A stretch of 56,023 nucleotides of DNA, from positions 1-56,023 of the forward strand of contig JAQTPC010000006.1 in NCBI GenBank assembly GCA_028713005.1. The letters are read 5' to 3'. A model generated the notes under the pieces. It saw nothing but the letters and a program-made list of their open reading frames with translations, did not search any database and had not been told where the DNA came from. This DNA is from Minisyncoccota bacterium. Its GTDB lineage: Bacteria; Patescibacteriota; Minisyncoccia; Phycocordibacterales; PALSA-1337. Position 1 is the stretch's first letter. Every line of letters begins with the position of its first letter. Position numbers and translations under genes: made by a program. This document shows, one piece after another, positions 1 through 8,328 of this stretch.

Positions 1-1567
1 GGGCCGTGGTTGACGCGTATGGGAAACTTGATGCAGTAGAAGTAGTTGCGGTGAAGTATGATGCGACTGCTTGACCGACGACAGAGAGTTTTGCAAATGG
101 TGAGGTGGTGCCGATGCCGAGGTTACCGGTGAAGTATGAACTACCTGTACCCAGGACACTGAAGTTCTGAGCAACAGTAGTTGATGCATTAATAATGAGT
201 GTCTGGTTCGCCGCTGTTGCATTGAACTTACCGTACAGGAGCGCGCCTGCCTTATCTCCAGCAGTGGTGATTCTATCCTGATTGTCTACGTAAAATGAAT
301 CTGATCCTGTCTCATACTTTCCTGCTGAAAAACCAATACCTACGTTGCCTGAACCGAGAGCATTAAACAAAGATCTGAAACCGAGAGCAGTGTTGTTTGA
401 ACCAGTACTATTAAAACGGAGTGCCGCCTTACCGAAACCTGTGTTATATGAACCAGTTGTATTTGCTTGAAGAGCTGATGTACCTCCAGCTGCACTACTT
501 GAGCCGGTTGTATTGAAACGGAGACTATATCCACCAATTGCAGTGTTATCGATACCATAGGTGTTGGCATACATTGACCAGGTACCTACAGCGGTATTGA
601 AGTTTGTCGCATTATTTGCAAGAGCATTATAACCAACAGCGGTATTTTCAACTGATGAGGTTGCTGTACCCAATGTACTATACCCAATTGCTGTATTACT
701 AAGGCCGTTTGGATCATTAAGCGATGCACCTGCACCTCCGCCAAGCAATACAGACAATGTCGTACTACTCGCGACAAGAATCGTCTCACCATTCTGTTTA
801 TATCCTGTAGTGCCGGTCACGTTAACGAAACCGTTGACATCGAGAGCATACGCAGGAGCCTGTGTGCCAATGCCTACATATCCATTCACATCAATTCTCA
901 TTTTTTCACTATCGCCCACAGTAAAACGTAGATTTTCTGTGCTATCGGTCGAATCAATTGTTATCCCTGTCATGCCACCTGGGCCAGCACTACCGATCGT
1001 TGCAACTCCACCACCAGAAAATGAGAGATCATAATCTTGATTTGCTGTACCGATACTGAGCTTAGAGCCAACAGTTGCGCTACCTGAAACTGACAGCGCC
1101 GTCGTCGATGCATAGACAAAATGAGACGTACTCGAAGCATTGATACCATTCTGGAACCAAGCAATACCTGTAGTTGCTTGGTTGGTTACACCATAGTTGG
1201 TAAGTGGTGTGAATGGATATGCTGCTCCACTACCACCAGTGATACCGAGTGATGAAGTTGCGGTGAGGGTATAACCTCCGAGAGCATTACCGACGAGAAC
1301 TTGGCCGTAACTAGGTGCACTTGTCAGTCCGGTGCCGCCATACAATACACCAACAGAAGATGTTGCTGATACGACACCATTATTTGCTTGGAGTGGGCCG
1401 TTGAGTGAACCGACAGTGAGACCATTTGTACCTGCAACTGTGAGGGCTGTCGTTGAAGCATATGGGAAAGTTGAGGCAATACTTGTGGTTGCAGTGAAGT
1501 ATGATGACACTGTTTGACCGACGACTGAGAGCTTTGCATATGGTGAGGTGGTGCCGATACCGACGTT
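1..1567 (-). repeat. Intragenic direct repeat in the giant ORF (1..130 similar to 1444..1570); WFQNG module recurs at about 1131..1225, 2091..2185 and 3458..3550
   Basis: Aligned by eye: gggccgtggttgacgcgtatgggaaacttg... against gggctgtcgttgaagcatatgggaaagttg..., both ending in tggtgaggtggtgccgat. The motif ccattctggaaccaagc(a/g)atacctgt recurs three times. Confidence 0.8.
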
Positions 1568-4500
1568 GCCTGTTGACAAAACTACGAGTGCGCCACTACC
1601 AATATCAACACCTGAATTATACGGATCAATGTAGAGCTGAGCAAAGCTGGTACCATTAGCAGCGATACCGCTAATCATTGAGTTATTGTTACTAATGTTA
1701 CTGCCGAGAGCGACACCGTTTGCGGTATTTGCTTTTCGGAATACTGCTGCGACTCCATTATTACTGCCGATAACATCGAGGGTCCGAGTTGGGGTAGCTG
1801 TACCAATACCCACATTTCCACCATATGGATTGAGAATAATATTATTAGTTGTACCAGATGAACCGATCGTGAGATTTCCCGATGCTGAAGTTATAGGATT
1901 TGAGAATGTCGTCGAAGCGGTTGATGTGAACGAAACAACACCTGCACCACTTCCTATGATTGCACCTTGTCCTGCACCAACTATAATTCGATTTCCTGAT
2001 TGAGTATCAATGGTTGTATTTGAATTATTTAAACGAACATCACCAAAAAGACCTTGGCCGGAAGCGTTGAGTGTAACAAAATTCGATGTACTCGAAGCAT
2101 TGAGTCCATTTTGGAACCACGCGATACCTGTTGTAGCTTGGTTGGTTGCACCAAAGTTTGTGAGAGGGGTGAACGGATATACTGCACCAGAAGCTGATGA
2201 TGTTGCTACCCAGCGTACTCCCGTTGCTGTCGACATGAGGACATATCCTGCGGTGCCGACCGAGTTTGAACCATCATACAAACCGGAACGGACACGCATA
2301 TTTCCCTGCACATCGAGAGGTTGAGTTGGAGTGCTGTTACCGATCGCTACACTACCTCCACTCCAGAAGTTATATTGTGATGCACGGAACTCCATCGGCA
2401 AGTTAGCGGTATTTGCCGCATTAACAGAAGCGAATGCCACACCAGTTGAAAGAGTGATGTGCGGTTGAACCGTAAGATTTGAGTCCGGATTATTGACTGG
2501 ATCTGGCACCACATTAAAAGCATATGAACCTCCGCCATAGACTGATTTGAGCGCGCCAAGATGGCCTGAACCGTCATCCAAAATAATACCGCCTCCGCCA
2601 TTTGAACCTGCGGTGATCGCTGGTTTTACATAGGTAAAGCTTTCATTGAACGCACTAACGGTACTACCGAGAGTCATAACGGAGTCACTTGTAATTGTTT
2701 TGACAACTGATTGTGTACCCTCGCCTGGAACAAGAATAGTGTCTCCGACAGTCAACTCAGTAGTAAACGCACACGTATCGTCACAAGTGATATTTCCTAA
2801 TCCGTCATCAGTAATGTTTCCTGTACCTGCACCACTACTTCCAGTGATGATTGCATGACCTGTAACACTCAGTGGGCGCAGTGACTGATTCACTGTTCCA
2901 GTATTTGCACCAAATGAAAATACTTTTGAACCATACGTATAGGTATCAAGACCATTATTTGCATAATTATATGAATTGAGATCGCCACCATTACCATTAA
3001 CGCCAAATTGATAGAAATTTCCATTCGTATCATTTATCTGCATGAACTGATAACCGCCTGCGCTCGACGTCATATTCATGATTTGATTTGTGTTGCTCGT
3101 AAGATCAATACCGCCGGCGCTTAATGTCATCCAATTTGCTGACGTAGAATTTGTTACTTCACCAAAATATGCTGTATCGTTGTTATACACCATTGAGAAG
3201 GCCTTCGAACCTGCACTCGCATTTGTAAAAAGAAAACCAGTTCCATTCCAACCTGTTGTAGAATTTATTTTACCGATTGACGCAACACCATATCCTGGGA
3301 TAGCAGTAAATGATGAGCCATCTTTAACACTAAAACTTCCGTAGCCCGTAGGTGCACCACCGATAGTTGCACTATTTGAGACGACCAAGTTTGTAGTTGA
3401 TGCGGTACCTGAAACAGTGAGAGCTGTCGTACTCGCATTTACAAAATGTGACGTTGATGATGCATTCAAACCATTCTGGAACCAAGCGATACCTGTTGTC
3501 GCCTGATTTGTTGTTCCGTAGTTGGTGAGAGATGTGAATGGATATGCTGATGTCGGGAGACCGAGTGATGAAGTTGAAGTGAGAGTGTAGCCTCCTGTAT
3601 TGTTACCAACGAGAATGTTTCCATACGAAGGAGCTGTCGTAACTCCTGTACCTCCATAAAGGACACCTACTGAAGATGTAGCACTCACAACACCATTATT
3701 CGCCTGCAAAGGACCATTCAAGTTATTGAGTGTGAGTGTCGCGCCATTTCTGAGAGCGAGACTGCCGTTCTGATCGATCTGGAATGTTGTTGTGGTAGCA
3801 AAGCCAGATGTTGAGGTCGAAACACTAAAGAGTGCTGTAGTCGCACCAGCTGCGCCAGCGATTGCAAAACGTGAACCAGGCGTTGATGTACCGACGCCGA
3901 CATTTCCGTTTGAAAGGAGTGACAAGACGCTGAAGCTTGATTGACCAAAGAATTCAGCGATCTTTCCTGCTCCACTCTGCAAGACAGAAATAAATGTTGA
4001 GGATGTTGATGTTGAATTTTGAATATCACTGCGGAGCAACTGGCCAGGTGTGATATTTTGGATTGTCTGAGCAACCAGTGCTGATGGAACTGTACCGATA
4101 ACTTTACGTGGTGTCATTTCTGCATCAGCTTCGATCGTCACACCGAGGTAGAGAGTCTGGTTGAAATCAACTCCGGTAAATGGTGTAGTTGAACCGAGCA
4201 TTACACTGAAGAGACCATTCTTAACTACGACTTTATTTGATCCATTATCAAGCTCGGTCCAAATCGCCGCACCACCTGTAGGAACCGTATACAAACTAAA
4301 TGACGCCGTATAACTACCATCAGCAACTGCAATATTTGAAGCATTGGTCAACTTGCCTTGATAGTTGATTTGTTGATTGATAGCAGCTTGAGCCTGTGGT
4401 GTAAGGAACGATGTGAATGAACCGAACATGAGAACAAATACCAGAGCAGCGCCAGTCAACTTATTAGTACTATTCGTACGACGTGAGCGGACCATGTAAA

Positions 4501-5998
4501 TTGCCAGTACGATGATCGCCACAAGGATGATCAAGAACAAAAGTTGCGCTGTGTCTTTTGAGGAAGCTGGTGCTGAAAATACGAGTGCTTGAAGTGAACC
4601 AGCGATCTGCTTCAAACTCTGATTTTGATAATCGAGGACGCTGATAGCCAATGGGAATGATCCGACTGTATTGAGTGCACCGATACTTGCTTCGTAGAAT
4701 GTCTTGTCACTGTTAGCACGGAGCAGGAAGATAAATGCCTTTGATGAGTCTTTTGGATCAGTGAGTGACACAGCAATCGTCTTCAAAACTTCAGGAACCT
4801 TGTTGTACGCCAAACGGATCGTGAGATTACTCATGCCGTTAATCATGACCGTACTTGTACCACTCACGACGAGATCCTTTCCTTGCTGAATAAACTCGAA
4901 GTCGGCAATTGTTAGACGTGCAACCAATGGATCAACATACCCCGCTTGAGGCGCTGTAACAAATGGATTTACCCCGACTACTGATGAAGCTTGCGCCAAC
5001 GCACCTGATGAATAATTCCCCTCAGCATCTTTTGCAAAAATAGCATAGTAGTACGTTTTTCCGGCAACAGCAGTTGTATCAAAGAATGATTCACGTCCTC
5101 CTTCATAGACAAGCTTTCCATCGAATTGATCACGTGGGAAAAAGTTTTCTCCACGAACGATACGGACAGAATCAAAACGAGTATCACTTGGGTTTGTCCA
5201 GCTGAGATTGACACCATCTGAACCGATACGTGCGAACTCTGCAGTGAAATCAGATGGGTTAACGAGTGGTGAACGAACGAGAGTGAGTGTAGTAAATTCA
5301 ACCTGATATGAAAACTGATTACCCTGAACATCAACAACTGATACACGTGCGAAGTAATGTGTATTTGGAACGAGGCCTGGGATTGTCACTTCATGGAGAG
5401 TACTATACAAAATACTTGTGATTGAACCTGCCTCAAGATCAGATGTCAGTCCCCATGATACGGTTGAACGCGCTGGAGCTATTGTTCCAAAAGAAATATC
5501 AGCGTCAGACACATGAGCACTTACCTGCAATCCAAAGATGAATGATTGATTTGATGAACTACTTGGTGCAATAGCAGGTGTAGATGTTGCTACCACAACA
5601 ACTGGCACATCGAGAGTCGTTGTCGCTGCAGAAGCTGAAAGTCCAGAATAATTGAATGAAGTATCAAATGCTTGAACCTCGTATGTATATGTTGTACTTG
5701 CAAAGAGTCCTGTATCGACAAATGAAGCGCTGGTAGTTGTTGCTACTGCAAATGAATTGCGGTAGACGACATAGCCGCCAACTGCGATATTATCAGTTGA
5801 TGGCGTCCAGGTGAGATTGATTTGTGATTGTGATGCAGGAGTAGCAACGAGACCTGTTGGTGTTGAAGGTACTACGAAGTCACTCGCAAGCGTAGTAAAT
5901 GAAGCAGTGAAGGAACTACCAACTGATGCAAGTACTGGAAAGGTGCTCTGTGCGAAGAGTCCTGCAAGTACGAGAGTTGTGTAGATAAAATGCTTCAT
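1..5998 (-). CDS. Giant secreted surface/fibre-like protein; 5' end complete, 3' end runs off the window (at least 1999 codons)
   Basis: Absent from the ORF track because no stop lies in the window. The minus-strand frame from ATG 5998..5996 stays open to position 2, and no other ORF is listed in that frame. It starts with signal peptide MKHFIYTTLVLAGLFAQSTFPVLA. Three FN3-like modules follow (e.g. PTGLVATPASQSQINLTWTPSTDNIAVGGYVVYRN...TYTYEVQAFD), then a hydrophobic hairpin, then INYQGKLTNASNIAVADGSYTASFSLYTVPTGGAAIWTE. There are three copies of AYPFT.LTN(Y/F)G..NQATTGIAWFQNG.NASSTS.F, GNVGIGT..P motifs, and NTA(I/V)G..(A/S)L head/tail-fibre-like repeats (about 290..720). Confidence 0.85.
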   Translation of the reverse strand, partial: MKHFIYTTLVLAGLFAQSTFPVLASVGSSFTASFTTLASDFVVPSTPTGLVATPASQSQINLTWTPSTDNIAVGGYVVYRNSFAVATTTSASFVDTGLFASTTYTYEVQAFDTSFNYSGLSASAATTTLDVPVVVVATSTPAIAPSSSSNQSFIFGLQVSAHVSDADISFGTIAPARSTVSWGLTSDLEAGSITSILYSTLHEVTIPGLVPNTHYFARVSVVDVQGNQFSYQVEFTTLTLVRSPLVNPSDFTAEFARIGSDGVNLSWTNPSDTRFDSVRIVRGENFFPRDQFDGKLVYEGGRESFFDTTAVAGKTYYYAIFAKDAEGNYSSGALAQASSVVGVNPFVTAPQAGYVDPLVARLTIADFEFIQQGKDLVVSGTSTVMINGMSNLTIRLAYNKVPEVLKTIAVSLTDPKDSSKAFIFLLRANSDKTFYEASIGALNTVGSFPLAISVLDYQNQSLKQIAGSLQALVFSAPASSKDTAQLLFLIILVAIIVLAIYMVRSRRTNSTNKLTGAALVFVLMFGSFTSFLTPQAQAAINQQINYQGKLTNASNIAVADGSYTASFSLYTVPTGGAAIWTELDNGSNKVVVKNGLFSVMLGSTTPFTGVDFNQTLYLGVTIEADAEMTPRKVIGTVPSALVAQTIQNITPGQLLRSDIQNSTSTSSTFISVLQSGAGKIAEFFGQSSFSVLSLLSNGNVGVGTSTPGSRFAIAGAAGATTALFSVSTSTSGFATTTTFQIDQNGSLALRNGATLTLNNLNGPLQANNGVVSATSSVGVLYGGTGVTTAPSYGNILVGNNTGGYTLTSTSSLGLPTSAYPFTSLTNYGTTNQATTGIAWFQNGLNASSTSHFVNASTTALTVSGTASTTNLVVSNSATIGGAPTGYGSFSVKDGSSFTAIPGYGVASIGKINSTTGWNGTGFLFTNASAGSKAFSMVYNNDTAYFGEVTNSTSANWMTLSAGGIDLTSNTNQIMNMTSSAGGYQFMQINDTNGNFYQFGVNGNGGDLNSYNYANNGLDTYTYGSKVFSFGANTGTVNQSLRPLSVTGHAIITGSSGAGTGNITDDGLGNITCDDTCAFTTELTVGDTILVPGEGTQSVVKTITSDSVMTLGSTVSAFNESFTYVKPAITAGSNGGGGIILDDGSGHLGALKSVYGGGSYAFNVVPDPVNNPDSNLTVQPHITLSTGVAFASVNAANTANLPMEFRASQYNFWSGGSVAIGNSTPTQPLDVQGNMRVRSGLYDGSNSVGTAGYVLMSTATGVRWVATSSASGAVYPFTPLTNFGATNQATTGIAWFQNGLNASSTSNFVTLNASGQGLFGDVRLNNSNTTIDTQSGNRIIVGAGQGAIIGSGAGVVSFTSTASTTFSNPITSASGNLTIGSSGTTNNIILNPYGGNVGIGTATPTRTLDVIGSNNGVAAVFRKANTANGVALGSNISNNNSMISGIAANGTSFAQLYIDPYNSGVDIGSGALVVLSTGNVGIGTTSPYAKLSVVGQTVSSYFTATTSIASTFPYASTTALTVAGTNGLTVGSLNGPLQANNGVVSATSSVGVLYGGTGLTSAPSYGQVLVGNALGGYTLTATSSLGITGGSGAAYPFTPLTNYGVTNQATTGIAWFQNGINASSTSHFVYASTTALSVSGSATVGSKLSIGTANQDYDLSFSGGGVATIGSAGPGGMTGITIDSTDSTENLRFTVGDSEKMRIDVNGYVGIGTQAPAYALDVNGFVNVTGTTGYKQNGETILVASSTTLSVLLGGGAGASLNDPNGLSNTAIGYSTLGTATSSVENTAVGYNALANNATNFNTAVGTWSMYANTYGIDNTAIGGYSLRFNTTGSSSAAGGTSALQANTTGSYNTGFGKAALRFNSTGSNNTALGFRSLFNALGSGNVGIGFSAGKYETGSDSFYVDNQDRITTAGDKAGALLYGKFNATAANQTLIINASTTVAQNFSVLGTGSSYFTGNLGIGTTSPFAKLSVVGQAVASYFTATTSTASSFPYASTTA

Positions 5999-6004
5999 AA
6001 CAGT

Positions 6005-6802
6005 TTATAGCGGGGTCACTGTTAGCGTGGTTGTAGCAACATATGTGCCATTAACTTGAATATGGTTCGACCCCGTCGCTGCACGGAAATACAACACTGT
6101 CTGCGTTCCTGATGGCGTATTGTTCGTGGTACGGCCCGCAACAGTCTTTGCTGATGTTGAGAGACCATCCCAACACGTCGATGCTGTTGTATTTGTGCCT
6201 GTATTGCAGATTGAGCCGTTATTCTTGAAGCGTTGATCAGCATCTGCTCCTTGTACTGAAAAACCAAAATTCGAGTTTGTTGGGAGAACTGAGTATGTAA
6301 AGTCTGGAGCAGCGCCCACAGGACTATAATCAGCAAAAGAATTTGGACCACTCACAAGAGCTGGTGACGAACTCGCTGTGATAGTCACTGTATAGCCCGC
6401 AGCATCGTCTGTAGTGACGGTAAAGGTAGTAGAACCATTCGCACTACCGCCAGATACGCCACCGAGGGATGGTGACATAGTAACGTTTGAAGGCGGAACC
6501 ACTGAAAGAACCACGATATTCATCTGCTGATAACCTGCACTGATACCGTAGTTTGTACTAGTTGAGAAACCGGTAGCAATTTCACCCGCAGTATCTTCGA
6601 CTGTATAGTTCGTCGACGAAGAAAGTTTTCCTGCGAAGTTGATGCTCTGATCAGGGATCGAGTAGTTTGTACTCGACATACTTTGTGCAAAGACATACGA
6701 AGCAAAGAAATATGAGATGAGTGAGAACACAGCAATAGAAACAAAAACCTTATCGTAATCTACGTTCATTGACTTCAAATTGTTCATGAATGGAGTTTTC
6801 AT
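6005..6802 (-). CDS. Secreted or signal-anchored hypothetical protein with S(S/T)TNY repeats
   Basis: Start trimmed to MKTPFMNNLKSMNVDYDKVFVSIAVFSLISYFFASYVFAQS, ATG at 6802, 1 nt after the upstream stop. It contains SSTNYSIPDQ, SSSTNYTVED and STSTNYGISAG repeats. The stop lies 6 nt before the giant ORF start, so the genes look like one operon. Confidence 0.7.
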   Translation of the reverse strand: MKTPFMNNLKSMNVDYDKVFVSIAVFSLISYFFASYVFAQSMSSTNYSIPDQSINFAGKLSSSTNYTVEDTAGEIATGFSTSTNYGISAGYQQMNIVVLSVVPPSNVTMSPSLGGVSGGSANGSTTFTVTTDDAAGYTVTITASSSPALVSGPNSFADYSPVGAAPDFTYSVLPTNSNFGFSVQGADADQRFKNNGSICNTGTNTTASTCWDGLSTSAKTVAGRTTNNTPSGTQTVLYFRAATGSNHIQVNGTYVATTTLTVTPL

Positions 6803-6803
6803 C

Positions 6804-7658
6804 TTATTTTGAATCATTATTAGAAGTAGACGATGTCGTCTGGACCGGCACCAATACATACATAAAGTCATGGCCCTTCACGGTTCGGAACATCGGGGTG
6901 ATGACGCCTGTATTTGCATTTTCATTCTTACGAACCTCGACAGGGTCAGAAAAAGAATTTGTGATTGCATTGGCGAGCTTTTCATCTGTAGTTGTTCCTT
7001 GTGAAGGTGTGACCACGATGCCACCGTACGCCAACTCTTGATACGGATCGGCATCACTAGCCGATTGAGTAGAGGTAATTGAAGGTACAATGCCGAGTGA
7101 AGTGTATTTAACTACTGCATCATACGCAGCAACTACAGATGACTGGGCAAATACAATTGCGTCCGTCCGTCCGACTGAAGCTGAGTTTGATTCATTAAGA
7201 GCGATGTGTTTCGAAGAAATGAAAAGTGGTGCAGCTATAATAACTACACAAACGATGATGGCAGTTACAAGCAACGATGATACAAGTGCCTTTGAAGTCC
7301 CACGATGAGCCTCACGAGCCACTTCAGCGACTTGCTCAGTCATACTACGAGACATAGCGGAAACAGATCCTCCTTGTGGACCCATCAAAAGTAGTGGAAA
7401 TGTTGGCGTATTGAGGTGTGAGTAATTACCAGCAAAATCAGCAGGCTTAAAGGACGTATGATTCGCCTTAAAGGTCTCAGTCTGATGTTTCAAAATTGAG
7501 CCTTTTTCTACATACCAAGTGCGCCCTATCATCTTTGCATCAACCTTACGCGCTCGACAGAGTTGACCAATATAATCCCAAGAATATCCGGCAATCTCGG
7601 CACCTCGGCGAGATGAAAGATACATTTTTCCGTCTATGATTATTTGGTCCTTCTTCAT
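6804..7658 (-). CDS. Membrane-anchored protein with an N-terminal excisionase/MerR-like HTH
   Basis: The N-terminus YLSSRRGAEIAGYSWDYIGQLCRARKVDAKMIGRTWYVEKGSI resembles HTH_17-type DNA-binding domains. A central TM helix LVSSLLVTAIIVCVVIIAAPLFI is present. It is the first gene of the surface-protein operon. Confidence 0.65.
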   Translation of the reverse strand: MKKDQIIIDGKMYLSSRRGAEIAGYSWDYIGQLCRARKVDAKMIGRTWYVEKGSILKHQTETFKANHTSFKPADFAGNYSHLNTPTFPLLLMGPQGGSVSAMSRSMTEQVAEVAREAHRGTSKALVSSLLVTAIIVCVVIIAAPLFISSKHIALNESNSASVGRTDAIVFAQSSVVAAYDAVVKYTSLGIVPSITSTQSASDADPYQELAYGGIVVTPSQGTTTDEKLANAITNSFSDPVEVRKNENANTGVITPMFRTVKGHDFMYVLVPVQTTSSTSNNDSK

Positions 7659-7702
7659 ACGTGAGTATTATATGGATATCTCCAGTTTCAAATTGATATT
7701 TC

Positions 7703-7711
7703 TGTGGATAA
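7703..7711 (+). promoter_or_regulatory. Perfect DnaA-box 9-mer (TGTGGATAA = reverse complement of TTATCCACA)
   Basis: Exact match read in the AT-rich divergent intergenic region 7659..7984. Confidence 0.4.
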
Positions 7712-7936
7712 CAAGCGTCTGACAACAAAGTAATAATTATCGTGAATGGCTTTAATTTCACTTACAGCAAAAACTCTGTAAATTTTTATCAAAAGAATCA
7801 AAAAAATGACCCTCAGAAGTCATACTAAAATGTAATTCGGACATATTTCGACCATCGAAAATATCTAGCAAACTCGTTGATCAAGCCAACTGAAGATTTG
7901 CGGCTCTAAATGAAATTACAATTTATAAAAATACAT

Positions 7937-7983
7937 AAACCTTACTAAAGTTGTGGATAAGTTATATATGTTTAGTAAGGTTT
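7937..7983. promoter_or_regulatory. 13-bp perfect inverted repeat (AAACCTTACTAAA / TTTAGTAAGGTTT) with a 21-nt spacer; candidate operator upstream of the MerR-family gene
   Basis: Read directly. The 3' arm ends 8 nt before a TATACT hexamer (7991..7996), which sits 9 nt upstream of ATG 8006. Confidence 0.4.
7952..7960 (+). promoter_or_regulatory. Perfect DnaA-box 9-mer (TGTGGATAA)
   Basis: Exact match. It lies in the spacer of the 13-bp palindrome at 7937..7983. Confidence 0.4.
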
Positions 7984-8005
7984 AGTGTTGTATACTATAG
8001 GAATC

Positions 8006-8263
8006 ATGGAAGCAAGTTCAAAAAAACTTTTAACTGTTAAACAAGCTGCAACAATGCTCGGCGTGACCGCTCTCACCCTCCGCAACTGGGATAACAGCGG
8101 TAAGCTCCAGGCAAGCCGACACCCCTTCAATAACTACCGAGTCTATCGTCGTGAAGATATCGAAAAACTCTTGACAGAAATTTTAACAAACAGAGAAAAA
8201 CGACCTCCTCGAAAACGCATCTCGAAAGGTCCACGAAAATTGATGGTGAGACATGAAGATTAG
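8006..8263 (+). CDS. MerR-family HTH transcriptional regulator (small)
   Basis: LLTVKQAATMLGVTALTLRNWDNSGKLQASRHPFNNYRVYRREDIEKL is a typical MerR N-terminal HTH. The track ORF starts at GTG 7985, but ATG 8006 is preferred. Confidence 0.8.
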   Translation: MEASSKKLLTVKQAATMLGVTALTLRNWDNSGKLQASRHPFNNYRVYRREDIEKLLTEILTNREKRPPRKRISKGPRKLMVRHED

Positions 8264-8328
8264 GTGGAGAATAATGCGCAGGTCTACCCTGCGCATTACT
8301 GTTTACTAATTATCGATTACTGGTTACT

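Noticed and set aside
1-5998. Apparent 6-kb ORF desert in the supplied track, which might suggest non-coding repeats or an alternative genetic code.
   Set aside because: One minus-strand frame is open from ATG 5998 to the window edge. The track lists only ORFs closed by a stop inside the window. All short ORFs listed here lie in a different frame. Elsewhere long genes read through with the standard code and TGA serves as a stop, so UGA recoding is not needed.
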